64,000 nt of DNA from a virus (IMGVR_UViG_3300029288_000054:32001-96000); one strand, 5' to 3'. Positions 1 through 10,682 are shown, numbered from the stretch's first letter. Made by a program: numbers and translations. The notes: generated by a model from the sequence alone, not told the origin.

Positions 1-3000
1 TGGTTACCTGAGACATGCTATAGTAATTCACAGCAGGTCTATTATATCGATGTTTCAGGAATTTTAGGCGCGATCGAAGCCGAATTCAATCGAGAAGTAG
101 TCGCCATTAAGAGCGATTGCGAAAATATCGTCCAATTCTGGCTCTCAATAATGGCTGGGTTGTTTGACGAGCAAAAGGCGGCTCTGTGTTGTGCACTTGA
201 ATATTGCCAGTCTCAATCTAGGAATGCAGAGACTAGGAAGTATATCGAGGAGCAGCGGATTCAAGCAGCACAAGCAATAACGTTGAAGGGAAGCTCATCG
301 ACATCGGTTTCTTTCACTGATCCAGCTACCGGGCATTTAACCACGGTATCAAATGAAGCTATTCAATCCACTGCTCAAAGCATAGTTATTGACGGCAATC
401 CGCGACAGAGCGGCAAATCGGTTGTCAACACTACTATCATGGATCAAGCTTGTGGAACAGGCTTTGGTGCCAAAAACATCCATAACCTACCAAACAATCA
501 AGATCCTGTTGGTGGCTCGCCGTGTATACCCGGTATTATCCTGTCATCAGACGGTAAAGCGTTGAAATATGATGAATGCCCGCCTGGCTTCATACCGAGA
601 TATGTTGAACGCGATGCCGTCTTGACATCATCCGCTGCAGCAGTGCCGGTGCACGATTATCCGGCTGATTATAACGTAGCACTTGACATTCCCGAGACTG
701 GTAGTGGCACGTCGCAAGTTTCGCAAGGAACGATCTACGGGAAAGTGACGCCGGGTGTTAATCTTTATTTGCCGCCTGGAGTATCATTAGCACGTAAATT
801 GGCTGTTAATGCGTTCCGATCTAACAACCCAGCTACAAGTTCTGAGCTACGGGTGACGGTAACTGGTAGCCCATTGTCGTTATGCAAGTCGGTGACCGTG
901 TATGTCAAATCGACGGGTGGTACGATTTTAGCATATGGTCAGACAAATAGCGATGGTGATATTTATTTCAAGAACTTGTCGAGTTTGGAGCAATATGATA
1001 TCTCATTAGAAAAGAGTGGATGCCTGTTTGCTCCTCCTAACTGGTCGTTGGTCCAACCAGTAACACTGCAAATTACACAACTGCAATCGACTGTTACGAC
1101 AGGCGTTACGACTACTCCGATACAACAAATAGTCAAGTGCTCATCTGGCTCGAACGTTCTCGTCGTTACTGTTCGCGGCGATTCAGAAGGCATTAACAGT
1201 ACATGGGTTTCGATACGATACTATACAACAGGTTATACGTTGTGTGCAGCATATGCTGGTACATCAACAACGAATCAAGGTGAGATCGTATTTACTGGTA
1301 TTCCTGATGGTTTGTGGGTCGTATATGCCGGGACAGATGAAACATCTGAGACTGATCCGAACTACTATGAAGTAGATCAGCCGTGCCATCCTGTTGCGAA
1401 TCCTGTGTCGCAGCAGGCTATGGAGTTGCGTAGCTGCAGAACAGTGCAGTTCGTCCATAGAACTGACGGTAGCCAGAATTTAGCTAGAATGTCATTTGAC
1501 GTTTTGACGAAAGCGAAGCCGACTTCAAGCTGGGTATTGTCATCTAGCATACCTGCAGAATTGATTATGCCTGGCGATGCTAGATTTGAGACGTTAGTAA
1601 AACAGCAAATATTAGCAGATCCGAACGCTGACATATCGCTTTCAGAGGCGATGTCAGCGTTCGAAATCAGTGAGCCGGTTGTGTTGAAAATTGAATCTGA
1701 TGGTGACTTTGATATTTTCTATACAGATAGGTTCGGCACCGACTATCATGACAACTTAGGTATGATGGCGTCGAAGGATGGTACGTTCTTCGATAAGCTC
1801 TTCAACGGTGTTTACAATATCTGTGTAGTTAATAAATCGCGGAAGCTGTCTAAATTCGATTTATCTGTAGCTACACAGAACGTGAAGTTTTTACAAGGTG
1901 CTGGCGATGGGTGGTCTAGCACCTTGATACAATCAGATAATAGTATCAAAGCAATACAGGGTCCGGCTGAGGCTTGGTGGCTGCAGATGCGTATCGAACA
2001 TCCTCAGCGATTACAACAGCCTTATTCTACTAGTTGTGGTGCTATTGGTCCCAGATCATCAAAGACTGATAGAAGATTTTGCCGAGAACTACCGAACGGC
2101 AGTGGTAGCGTTCTAACGCGAGATTTCGCTGTTGGAGATGGGTCACTCTCAACATGGTATACAAGCCGATGCGGAACAAATCCGGTTCCTGATGCTGTGT
2201 CGATAACGGTCGATAATCCTTTTGCTATTAACGATTTAATTCTATGTCGTGTTGCGCCGAATGCTTACTCTGGTGGCTTCAATCTCGGGCAAGAAAAACG
2301 CAGTGTGCAAATAATCATCGAGCAGTTGGAACCAGTAGAGGTTGCACCAGACCAAACGACCGATGCGGTTGGTGGTAATAGCTACCGATGTACCATATTG
2401 GGTTGGAGCACTAACGATTGCATAGGTGATGTATCGAATTTTGGATCGGTTGTCATTACAGCTAATTGCAACGATTGGTCGTTGAACGGTGCGTGGGTTA
2501 TGGCTGGTATAGAGGTCAAATTCAGCATCAGGGCTATAGAAAATCTGACAAAAGATGCTGCCGTCGAATTAACACTTGATGTCGACGAAAGCAATCCGGG
2601 CTTCTTCAAGTTGGCGTCCGCAGAATTGCCGAAAGGTAAGTATGTGGCCGATATCATTGATTGTTGTTTTCGATCCGGCGAGCAACACACTGGCCATGTT
2701 GAAATAGAATATCAATCTATCAATGGTAGAGTCGTGAAACGCTTCCCGAATTTGGGAGCCTACGCCGATGAGGATGTCGCTAGATCGAATTATCGTGGCT
2801 TGACTATTGAAATAGATCATCAAGGCGGAGCGGTTAATGCAAAGCTTGTTTCGCCGGTTTTGTTAGATGGCAGCGGCAAGGTAAGTGTCAGATTTACTGA
2901 AAAAGATTCATTTGTTCAAAATGAATCTCAGGCGCACCAATTAGAAGACACATGTGCAATAAGCTACGCACAAGTTAAGATGCTAGAGGGGTGGCATTTA

Positions 3001-3267
3001 TCTGAGCATAATGGCATACTTGTCGATCTTGCTGGCCAAGATTACATCATAATGCAACAATATATAGATGGTATGCAGGCTTGCGTTGAGAAGTACAGCC
3101 ATCCCAGTTTCGCCTGGCCAACGCTTGACGGCATGCATTTTACAAGTATTCCTGAGAGTGGGATTGTTTTGTTTAAACGTGTGCCGCAGCTTGAAGCAAT
3201 TGCTAAATCGGTAGTTAAAGATGTAGATATTGGCATAATCTTGTTCCCGGTCATAGTCGCGTCTTAG
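1..3267 (+). CDS. Large putative virion structural protein, 5'-truncated by window edge
   Basis: Frame is open from base 1 (WLPETCYSNSQQ...) into the tracked ORF at 151. Beta-rich, Cys/Thr/Ser-rich, with prealbumin/Ig-like segments (GQTNSDGDIYFKNL, TTNQGEIVFTGIPDG). No specific family recognised. Confidence 0.6.
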   Translation, partial: WLPETCYSNSQQVYYIDVSGILGAIEAEFNREVVAIKSDCENIVQFWLSIMAGLFDEQKAALCCALEYCQSQSRNAETRKYIEEQRIQAAQAITLKGSSSTSVSFTDPATGHLTTVSNEAIQSTAQSIVIDGNPRQSGKSVVNTTIMDQACGTGFGAKNIHNLPNNQDPVGGSPCIPGIILSSDGKALKYDECPPGFIPRYVERDAVLTSSAAAVPVHDYPADYNVALDIPETGSGTSQVSQGTIYGKVTPGVNLYLPPGVSLARKLAVNAFRSNNPATSSELRVTVTGSPLSLCKSVTVYVKSTGGTILAYGQTNSDGDIYFKNLSSLEQYDISLEKSGCLFAPPNWSLVQPVTLQITQLQSTVTTGVTTTPIQQIVKCSSGSNVLVVTVRGDSEGINSTWVSIRYYTTGYTLCAAYAGTSTTNQGEIVFTGIPDGLWVVYAGTDETSETDPNYYEVDQPCHPVANPVSQQAMELRSCRTVQFVHRTDGSQNLARMSFDVLTKAKPTSSWVLSSSIPAELIMPGDARFETLVKQQILADPNADISLSEAMSAFEISEPVVLKIESDGDFDIFYTDRFGTDYHDNLGMMASKDGTFFDKLFNGVYNICVVNKSRKLSKFDLSVATQNVKFLQGAGDGWSSTLIQSDNSIKAIQGPAEAWWLQMRIEHPQRLQQPYSTSCGAIGPRSSKTDRRFCRELPNGSGSVLTRDFAVGDGSLSTWYTSRCGTNPVPDAVSITVDNPFAINDLILCRVAPNAYSGGFNLGQEKRSVQIIIEQLEPVEVAPDQTTDAVGGNSYRCTILGWSTNDCIGDVSNFGSVVITANCNDWSLNGAWVMAGIEVKFSIRAIENLTKDAAVELTLDVDESNPGFFKLASAELPKGKYVADIIDCCFRSGEQHTGHVEIEYQSINGRVVKRFPNLGAYADEDVARSNYRGLTIEIDHQGGAVNAKLVSPVLLDGSGKVSVRFTEKDSFVQNESQAHQLEDTCAISYAQVKMLEGWHLSEHNGILVDLAGQDYIIMQQYIDGMQACVEKYSHPSFAWPTLDGMHFTSIPESGIVLFKRVPQLEAIAKSVVKDVDIGIILFPVIVAS

Positions 3268-3268
3268 T

Positions 3269-3508
3269 ATGAAAATGCATCTTGGGATTGTGTGGAAGAA
3301 CGGCCAAATAATCAACCATCGCAGCCTATTAAAAGTGCTGTGTAACCCATTGTTAAGATGCTTCGGCTGGCAGATAGCTAGTTTATTCAATGAAGATAAG
3401 TTTATTAGATATACTATGATGCCAACTTGCAGAACGTGGCCGATCAAGTGGAGTTTCCGCTATGATGCGGACAACTGCGTTATTGATAGTCAGAGAGCGA
3501 TAATATGA
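3269..3508 (+). CDS. Hypothetical protein
   Basis: Abuts the upstream stop and overlaps the next gene by ATGA. Confidence 0.55.
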   Translation: MKMHLGIVWKNGQIINHRSLLKVLCNPLLRCFGWQIASLFNEDKFIRYTMMPTCRTWPIKWSFRYDADNCVIDSQRAII

Positions 3509-4041
3509 AGAAAATAAATTCGAATGAATTTTGTTATTTGGCTAAATCAGAATTATTTCTTACGTGGCTGAAAAGCCTCGACTCTACAATACACACAGAT
3601 TTGATCAATTTCTTGATGAGCGGACAAGGATGTACTGAAAACAGAGCTAAGATGTACGACTTATTGCAAGCCATTATCAAGAATAGGCAATGGGCTTTGG
3701 CATTAGAATCATTCTTAATGCAAAATTTCCCCGCCATGCTTGTTGATGATTCTAAGGCATCACAGACGACACAGAAAAACAAGGAAGTAGATAACAAACA
3801 TAGCGTCTTTGCTTATTATGATCCGTCCCTAGCAACATTCCCCAGGAGAATAATATTCTCCAGTGACGATCTTCAGAAACAAGTACGCGACTTCTGCGCT
3901 AGACAATTCTACTGTGAGTGGATTATAGTAGAAGACCGCGCCTACGTCGAATACATCTCACACGACGTAGCGGCACACAAATCGGAGATACCTGAGAAGA
4001 ATTGGCAAATTAGAGCCTTCAAAAAGAATTCTAGTATATGA
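3505..4041 (+). CDS. Hypothetical protein (thioredoxin-reductase-like GCxxxR helical N-terminus, uncertain)
   Basis: 178-aa ORF coupled by an ATGA overlap. Confidence 0.65.
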   Translation: MKKINSNEFCYLAKSELFLTWLKSLDSTIHTDLINFLMSGQGCTENRAKMYDLLQAIIKNRQWALALESFLMQNFPAMLVDDSKASQTTQKNKEVDNKHSVFAYYDPSLATFPRRIIFSSDDLQKQVRDFCARQFYCEWIIVEDRAYVEYISHDVAAHKSEIPEKNWQIRAFKKNSSI

Positions 4042-4045
4042 CGCT

Positions 4046-4054
4046 CAAAAATAT
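4046..4054 (+). promoter_or_regulatory. CAAANWTA putative late promoter element
   Basis: CAAAAATAT ends 3 nt before the ATG at 4058. One of 14 oriented copies (see findings). Confidence 0.55.
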
Positions 4055-4057
4055 CTT

Positions 4058-6544
4058 ATGATCGATAAGCCCCGCAACGTTCAAAACGCTGCCGATGTAG
4101 ACAAAGATGAAACGGATGACATCAATGTTATGGGTCATCCGGAGCGAATCGTCAAACAACCCGGCAAGCCGGTCAAGAGGGTCCTTAACGAGCTTGATCC
4201 AGAGTGCCGCGATGATATTGAGGCACCAATTCGATTACAGGAGCTAGCAATGGCACAATCACGTCTATCCGAAGCTGTCCAAGACTACAAGGGAGTCAAA
4301 GGCGACTTCATGACCAGTATGGGTGGTAAGACCGATAAGCTCGGTGGAAAACAAAAGAATACCGGTGCCGGTATCGAGAAGTTTGGCGAAAGCACTTCTG
4401 GTGAAGCTGCCGATGGCATCACTACCAAGCTCAAAGATCTCAACCTAAAGACCAAGCAGAAGAATACGGGTGGGACATTCGAGACGCAGAACATTTCTGC
4501 CGGTAGTGCCGACGACGGCATCACGACTGCTATCAAGACGATGGGTGCTGAGCTTGGCCAGAACTCGATGCAGAAGAATAAGGGTGGTCAATTCGAGCCT
4601 CTGAAGGGCAGCCGGGACACGATGGGCAACAGCGTGGCCGAGGAATGGTCGCTTGATAATATCGCTACTATCATGGAAGGCGATAGCATCAACCTCCAGG
4701 ACCTATTTGACTCCTTCAGCAAGAATTCATCTTACGTCTGTCTGGAAGACTTCCAGCAGCTCTGCAATGCCCACGGCGTTCAAACCATTCTTTCTGAGCA
4801 GAACTTGAAAGCCCTTATGGCCGCTAGCCGCAAGTTCATGTTCTACGAAGGGAATGATGCCAGTGGTAGATTCTGGCAGCCACGTCCGCTATCCGAGATG
4901 GTCGGCACTGGTGCTGTCGCTGCTGCTCCAGTAGCCGAAGAAGACGAAGTGCCTCCAGAAGTGGTCGATGAACCAGTTCCCGAAGTCGCTGAAGTCCCCG
5001 AGATTCCGGGTGGAGAAGGCGAAATCGAAGCCGGTATGGAAGTCGAAGAGCAACCGGACGATCTGGCTGATGTGTTCCAGCAAATCGGCGTCGATTTCGA
5101 GAGAGCCGCCAACATGATGGCTGGGCACGACGAGTCAGCCGAGACACCGGAAGACGAGGCTGCCGAAGGCGACCGCCCTTTTGACGAGATCGAAGGCGGT
5201 GAAGAGGAAACGGCTGAATGCACCGAGGAGGTCTGTGAAGAGGCCCCTGGCGAGGAAGTCGGTGATTCGGCTGAATCCGGTGGTCTGATCAACAAGATTG
5301 CTTCTGGCGTCAAAGGCAAAGCGGCTTCTGTCGCTATGAAGGGTCGTGAAGAGGACGAGCAGAACGCTGTCGACCCATCGAAGGAAGTTGTGAAGATGAA
5401 GGTCGAATCTCGTAAGTGTGCCAAATGCGGCACGACCTTGGACGAAAGCGGCTGCGTCATGTGCGATTTCTTGCGTGAGAGCAGCGACATCGGCGAAATG
5501 AATGGCGAAGACGCCAAGGCCGATAAGAATGGCCATTATACGTCTGACAAGACGAAGAAGGGCCAAGGCGAACTCGGCAAAAAGGTTCCTCCACAAGAGA
5601 CATGCGAAAGCACGTCTGGTGCGGCATCTGACGGCATAACAAGCGAAATCCCCGGCAAGCAGACTCCGCTGAAGCCCAAGATGAAGAATACGGGCGGGCA
5701 AGCTGCTTTCAAGGGTGGCTCCGGGACGATGAAGGAGAATATTCTCCGTCTGTCGCACGTAGTCAAGGAAGCCATCACCCGTGGTGCTAGAAAGATCGGA
5801 AGGGCTGGCAAGTATACGGTTCGATTCGGTGTGACAGCCGAAGGATCAAAGGCCATTTTCCCGACGCTCACCGATGCACTGGCTGTTGTCGAAGAATTGC
5901 TGCAGGTGTGCGACAACAAGGCTGTTGTACTTGAAGCCCTGTACTCCATTCCTCATCAGAAGGAAGTTATCCACCGGCATCGCCTGCCGCTTACCAGAAT
6001 TAAGCGGCGTGATCCAATTGCCTGTGAAGGCAAGATTTTGTTCAAGACCGGCAAGGTTGCGAACGCCTTCGCAGACCGAGTTGTTTCAGAGGGTGTTGCC
6101 TGTCGCGTGAAGAACCATAATTGGGGTGCTGCTGTGGTTGGCACCTTCAGCTGGCCAATCGCGCAGCGAGCTTTCCAAACGATGTCTGAAGCCTGGGGAA
6201 CCCAAATTCACACGCCAGAGCGAGAAGCATTCCATCGTGGTTATGAGGACCAATGGGGTGACAACATCGGTGGTGAAGTTGAACCAGGGCTTGACGATGA
6301 GCCAGAATACAGTGCTGGTGCACCCGGCAACATCGATCCAGAAGGTAATATGTGCCCGAATTGTGGATCGGTTGAAGCGCCAGACGAGCACGGCATATGC
6401 TACGGCTGCGGCGAGCGAAGAGCTGCAGCAGAGCCAGAACTCGAACTCGGCGCACGACCAGACGAAAATCTCGCCGGATCGGACGATTACCTTGATTTCG
6501 ACCAAGGCTTTCAGCCACGGAGACCGATGCCGCGACGGGTGTGA
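4058..6544 (+). CDS. Acidic low-complexity putative internal head/scaffold-like protein with zinc ribbons
   Basis: Glu-rich, with repeated ESTSGxAxDGIT and KxKNTGG motifs. Many (I/L/V)xE-S/G/E sites (IMEG, LSEM, LRES) and two CxxC..CxxC modules. Confidence 0.6.
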   Translation: MIDKPRNVQNAADVDKDETDDINVMGHPERIVKQPGKPVKRVLNELDPECRDDIEAPIRLQELAMAQSRLSEAVQDYKGVKGDFMTSMGGKTDKLGGKQKNTGAGIEKFGESTSGEAADGITTKLKDLNLKTKQKNTGGTFETQNISAGSADDGITTAIKTMGAELGQNSMQKNKGGQFEPLKGSRDTMGNSVAEEWSLDNIATIMEGDSINLQDLFDSFSKNSSYVCLEDFQQLCNAHGVQTILSEQNLKALMAASRKFMFYEGNDASGRFWQPRPLSEMVGTGAVAAAPVAEEDEVPPEVVDEPVPEVAEVPEIPGGEGEIEAGMEVEEQPDDLADVFQQIGVDFERAANMMAGHDESAETPEDEAAEGDRPFDEIEGGEEETAECTEEVCEEAPGEEVGDSAESGGLINKIASGVKGKAASVAMKGREEDEQNAVDPSKEVVKMKVESRKCAKCGTTLDESGCVMCDFLRESSDIGEMNGEDAKADKNGHYTSDKTKKGQGELGKKVPPQETCESTSGAASDGITSEIPGKQTPLKPKMKNTGGQAAFKGGSGTMKENILRLSHVVKEAITRGARKIGRAGKYTVRFGVTAEGSKAIFPTLTDALAVVEELLQVCDNKAVVLEALYSIPHQKEVIHRHRLPLTRIKRRDPIACEGKILFKTGKVANAFADRVVSEGVACRVKNHNWGAAVVGTFSWPIAQRAFQTMSEAWGTQIHTPEREAFHRGYEDQWGDNIGGEVEPGLDDEPEYSAGAPGNIDPEGNMCPNCGSVEAPDEHGICYGCGERRAAAEPELELGARPDENLAGSDDYLDFDQGFQPRRPMPRRV

Positions 6545-6555
6545 TTTCGACCTCT

Positions 6556-6608
6556 CGACAAAGGCGACAGATAGCGGCTGACGCACCGCATGACTGTCGC
6601 CTTTGTCG
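6556..6608. other. Perfect 15-bp inverted repeat (long hairpin)
   Basis: CGACAAAGGCGACAG (6556-6570) pairs with CTGTCGCCTTTGTCG (6594-6608), with an inner GCGG/CCGC stem and no U-tract. Confidence 0.8.
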
Positions 6609-6625
6609 TATCTGGTAGATATATT

Positions 6626-6916
6626 ATGCGTACTATTAGGATTCCTATCATCGAAAGCAAGCAAAGCAATCAAGCTAAATTGTTTCGTAAGTTGCCACCA
6701 GTTGCGAAGGAATTATTCGTAGTTATAGCTAAGTTATCGCAATCGAAAGGAACCATAGCGATCGATGATATCAGAAATCTGAATATGTTCGGAGCCACAC
6801 GAGATATCGAGAATCTTCTGTACACCTTGGAATCGCGTGGCTTTGGCGAAGTTACGATAAATGGTGCTGAGACTCACTTCATACCTAATAAGATATTGGT
6901 ACAATCAGTTCTATGA
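6626..6916 (+). CDS. Small possible winged-helix protein
   Basis: Start reassigned to MRTIRIPIIESK because the tracked start lies inside the hairpin. IDDIRNL..DIENLLYTLESRGFGEV has a wHTH-like pattern. Confidence 0.55.
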   Translation: MRTIRIPIIESKQSNQAKLFRKLPPVAKELFVVIAKLSQSKGTIAIDDIRNLNMFGATRDIENLLYTLESRGFGEVTINGAETHFIPNKILVQSVL

Positions 6917-8112
6917 AATTATTAGCAGAGAAAAGTCTCAGAGATACTGGCAGTCGCCGTCTTGGTAAGCATAAATATCCCAGGTCGTCGTTCAAGTATC
7001 TATCATATAATACCGACCCCAAGCCTGACATTCTCGTCCTTGGAGATTGGAAACATCCGAGAACTAAGAATAATTTAGTTGCCGGAATAAACTTGAATTA
7101 TTTATCTAGCGGCCAGCTAGAAAAACTCCGTAAGGTAGCTGATAAAGTTTTCCGAAGAGATTCGTTACGTTCAAGATATAGATTCCTAAAGTCAGTGTTA
7201 CCAGATGTCGCGATGTACTATCGGACGTATGATTCCAAGTACATCAAGAGTATAGAACGTAGCGCACTCGATTCATATGTCAAGGCTAAGCCGACATCGA
7301 GGGACGAGAAAGCACAGACGACATCGGATACTGGAAGAGCAGCACATGTTAAAGAACCAGAAAAGGATATAGACCAACGCTCTGACGAGCTAGATCGTGA
7401 GACGTGGCAGACGAAGCGAAGGCTTTACGAGCCGGAAAAACAGAGACGCAGAACATCACCGGAACGCATCGGTATCGCTGGCAGCGAGCTAGCGAAGAAA
7501 GCCAAGGATGCAAGATATAAGCGTGATAGACGGAAACTTAAGGAATTAGAACGTCAGTTAGCTATAGATAGAGAACTACGCAGGCAGGCTGAATTATCCA
7601 GGAAACCAGAAGAGCCGGAGGAGCCAGAAGCACCGGAAGATAGACGTCGACGCAGAACTGGTGATTATGGCCCTGAATACCATCTAGATGATTTGGGATA
7701 TGAATCCTATATCAGAAGCCATAAGCCTGGCTCCAAGTTAATCACAGAGGCGAAGCATAAGAGTTTGTTCGCTGTTTTCGACGTGCTATCAGAGCAATTT
7801 GTTGTTGATTCTGTTATAAACCACGCAGAAATGCTCTTCGATGCCGGATGGGACTACGATCATACTGTATTATTCGAAGTAACTGATAATGAATTAATTG
7901 TCAGATCAGATTGTTCCGATACCGCCATGAAGCGTGCTATTGAGTGTTTCAAAAATAGCACTGTAAAAAATATATTGCTTGAATCTAGGTTTAAAGATCC
8001 AAGCTACGATCCAGAACATCCAGAAGAGTGCTGCCCGCACTGCGGAGCCAGACTAGAACGCGGTGATGATGGTATCTGTAATCGTTGTGGGAAGCCTTGG
8101 CCTGAAGAGTAA
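6913..8112 (+). CDS. T4 gp2-like DNA end protector domain fused to a charged region and a C-terminal zinc ribbon
   Basis: DPKPDILVL...GINLNYL...YRTY resembles gp2-family (D)xxPLV..GLNLHYL..KRY. C-terminal CPHCG-x8-ICNRCG. Confidence 0.5.
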   Translation: MKLLAEKSLRDTGSRRLGKHKYPRSSFKYLSYNTDPKPDILVLGDWKHPRTKNNLVAGINLNYLSSGQLEKLRKVADKVFRRDSLRSRYRFLKSVLPDVAMYYRTYDSKYIKSIERSALDSYVKAKPTSRDEKAQTTSDTGRAAHVKEPEKDIDQRSDELDRETWQTKRRLYEPEKQRRRTSPERIGIAGSELAKKAKDARYKRDRRKLKELERQLAIDRELRRQAELSRKPEEPEEPEAPEDRRRRRTGDYGPEYHLDDLGYESYIRSHKPGSKLITEAKHKSLFAVFDVLSEQFVVDSVINHAEMLFDAGWDYDHTVLFEVTDNELIVRSDCSDTAMKRAIECFKNSTVKNILLESRFKDPSYDPEHPEECCPHCGARLERGDDGICNRCGKPWPEE

Positions 8113-8156
8113 TTATCACCGCCCAAAGATATAAATGACTTTTTGGAGAAACAAGC

Positions 8157-10574
8157 ATGCCACTGACCAAAATACCATTACACACATCGTTGGTTGATAA
8201 GCAGTGGATTCAGGTTAGCGGGCCTGATGACATTATCAGCGGATTTGCCTATGACGCTGAGACCAGATCTTTGTGGGGTCGTGACAGTCAAATCAGCCAA
8301 ATTGGTATTCACGGTACCAGCCATATATCATCTGACCCCATTCCAACCGCAACTTGCGATACTATGGGGTTGATGGCGGCAGACGATAAGTGTAAGCTCG
8401 ACGCACTTACACAGATGAGACTTGGTATCGTCGGCTTCCAGGGTGCTGGCTTTCCTGACGATGGTGGTTGGTTACAGGGCGACGTTATACTTGCGGCTGG
8501 TAGCGAGTTTGTCTCTATCGAGCGATTCGGTAACGTCATTAGATGGACGGTTGATTCACCTATTCCGCTGAGTTGCAATGTGGAGACATGTGCATCGATA
8601 TTCTGGGTCCAAGATGAAACAGAGGTTGCATCTATTCGCCCGCCCTCTTGTGCTGGTAAGCTACCTGGGACGAGCTCGTACGGCGAGATGAAGGTCTATC
8701 TGCTCCCGGAATCGATGATTATCGATCCAGCAGATCCGGCCACCTCACTCAATAAGAAGACGAACTATCCGTCGTTGATTTTCAAGCGATACGACGACTC
8801 TGTAGCCCCTGGAGTTGCTGAATTCGAGATGGTGTTGAAGCGAACTGCTTCGAATAACACCCAAACGAATGTCGGCTGGGCTTTCACGCCTGGTGCCGGT
8901 GCTACTCCTGAATGTGTGTGGTTCATGGGTAGCAATAGTAATGGCGATCAAGTTCGCTTCGACTTGAATATGGAATCAGCCCCCGGTATTCTTGGTGGGT
9001 TACTCTATAACGGCAACTTGCTAACGAAGCGTTCAGCGGTCATCACCGACTACACAACACAAATCCTGGCCACTAATCAGTACGTCTGCAAATGGTGGGA
9101 TGTTCATGGGGCTACGGTCGCAGATAATGCGTCGTTTATAGCAACGAACGTATGGCAATATAGCTATCCAGAAGGCGGCATCAATAGCAAACAACTGATT
9201 CTCGATAAGACAATCGGCATTCTGCCAATCGGAACCATTGTTGATATGTGGTTCTTCCAGGTCGGATCTGTTAATGATGTGCCGATTCGGCAATACGTCT
9301 TCAACTGCAAACCGACTCTCGATGCGCAGAATGTCTGGTCAGAGGTTGGTGGTGTCGAATTCGGCACACAACTTACAGCGAGAACTGAACCAGCGACACC
9401 GACAGCCACATTCGACTACGAGTTAGTCAATGACGTCCGTAATCTTGAGCACAAGATTTGGGGTATGACCGGTATTGATCCGCCATATCTGCTCACCGAG
9501 GTTACTGGTGGGACTGGCGGATCACAGATCATGATTTTCGATGTCAACGACCAGTATATCGCACATATCGATACGTCATTGCCGGGCCTGCGGGTTGATA
9601 GACAATCAACGACAGAAACATACCGGCAACGACCTGTTTGTTTGTGGAATAGACATATCGGTTCCTCAAGCCTTGTGAATATTCATCTTGGCAGGCCGAA
9701 TGAAACCGGTGTCTATCCGCCGTATGACATTCTTCTTAACGCACCAATCGACAGTAACGAAGAATACTTCCTGAACGTTGTCGAGACAGGTCCGTTAGCG
9801 AACGATACTGGTTATTATGCTCTATTCCGTGGTGCTACGTTCGAGGACTTACCACAGAGCGGATATATTCGGCTTCTGACTGGTTTGAATGCCGGAACCA
9901 CTTGGAGATACGACTACAAGGCTATATGTTCGCTGCATGCCGAGGATGTTGTAGCTCTGATAGGATCGACACCATTCACTGGTCTGATTACCGAGGTTGC
10001 ACAGGTTTTACATCAGGAATATAATAGCCCCTGTGTCAGATTAAATTTCACATTGACAGCCGCGAACAAGGTTGAGTTATACTTCAAAGTTGGTACGCTC
10101 GACATGGGCAGGGACTACGAAGATGACACTATCAGTGTCGCCGACGACTTTGTGCGAGGTCTTGCACCTGGATATGCTGTGAGCGGCACCTATATCCAAG
10201 ATGCACCTTACAACGGCAGCGGAGCAGCACCAGGAGTTAATGTACCTGGCTTCATCGTCTATGATGGTGGCTACGGCTTGTCTCCAAGTACCACAGGAAA
10301 TGTGGAATATTGGAACGAATTAGAAATTATGCAACGTGGTAGTCAAGTCTGGATATGGTGGAATGGATTGCTTATTCCGCCTAGTACGGATGCTAGCGGG
10401 ATTCTTCCGACACCAGTAGCAGTCTCTACCCCATACTTCCCAATCATCCGTGAGACTCCAATGGGCAAGTTTGGTATGAGAATGTTCCCTGGATGCAAAC
10501 TACGCCGTATCGTAGTGCGTGGATATGATCGAGCATTCTCCGAATATGTTCATGGCCAGTTAGAACTAGCATAG
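8157..10574 (+). CDS. Putative virion structural (tail/baseplate-associated) protein
   Basis: GLMAADDKCKLD matches the GLMSxxDKxKLD tail-fibre motif. Beta-rich. Preceded by CAAAGATAT and a GGAG ribosome-binding site. Confidence 0.6.
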   Translation: MPLTKIPLHTSLVDKQWIQVSGPDDIISGFAYDAETRSLWGRDSQISQIGIHGTSHISSDPIPTATCDTMGLMAADDKCKLDALTQMRLGIVGFQGAGFPDDGGWLQGDVILAAGSEFVSIERFGNVIRWTVDSPIPLSCNVETCASIFWVQDETEVASIRPPSCAGKLPGTSSYGEMKVYLLPESMIIDPADPATSLNKKTNYPSLIFKRYDDSVAPGVAEFEMVLKRTASNNTQTNVGWAFTPGAGATPECVWFMGSNSNGDQVRFDLNMESAPGILGGLLYNGNLLTKRSAVITDYTTQILATNQYVCKWWDVHGATVADNASFIATNVWQYSYPEGGINSKQLILDKTIGILPIGTIVDMWFFQVGSVNDVPIRQYVFNCKPTLDAQNVWSEVGGVEFGTQLTARTEPATPTATFDYELVNDVRNLEHKIWGMTGIDPPYLLTEVTGGTGGSQIMIFDVNDQYIAHIDTSLPGLRVDRQSTTETYRQRPVCLWNRHIGSSSLVNIHLGRPNETGVYPPYDILLNAPIDSNEEYFLNVVETGPLANDTGYYALFRGATFEDLPQSGYIRLLTGLNAGTTWRYDYKAICSLHAEDVVALIGSTPFTGLITEVAQVLHQEYNSPCVRLNFTLTAANKVELYFKVGTLDMGRDYEDDTISVADDFVRGLAPGYAVSGTYIQDAPYNGSGAAPGVNVPGFIVYDGGYGLSPSTTGNVEYWNELEIMQRGSQVWIWWNGLLIPPSTDASGILPTPVAVSTPYFPIIRETPMGKFGMRMFPGCKLRRIVVRGYDRAFSEYVHGQLELA

Positions 10575-10592
10575 ACGCCGTGGCCTTTGGAA

Positions 10593-10632
10593 GCCTTCTT
10601 TGAGGTCTTCTTTTTCGGACCTCCCAGAAGGC
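10593..10632. terminator. Stem-loop between convergent genes, possible bidirectional terminator
   Basis: GCCTTCT/AGAAGGC and GAGGTC/GACCTC stems. Confidence 0.5.
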
Positions 10633-10682
10633 ACAGAGACAGCAAACGTGCAAAAGAAGTAGCAGAGAAGAGCTTGGGCGGT

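Noticed and set aside
4285-6673. Numerous overlapping antisense and alternate-frame ORFs within 4058-6544
   Set aside because: Explained by the biased codon usage of the sense gene; no motifs or ribosome-binding sites.
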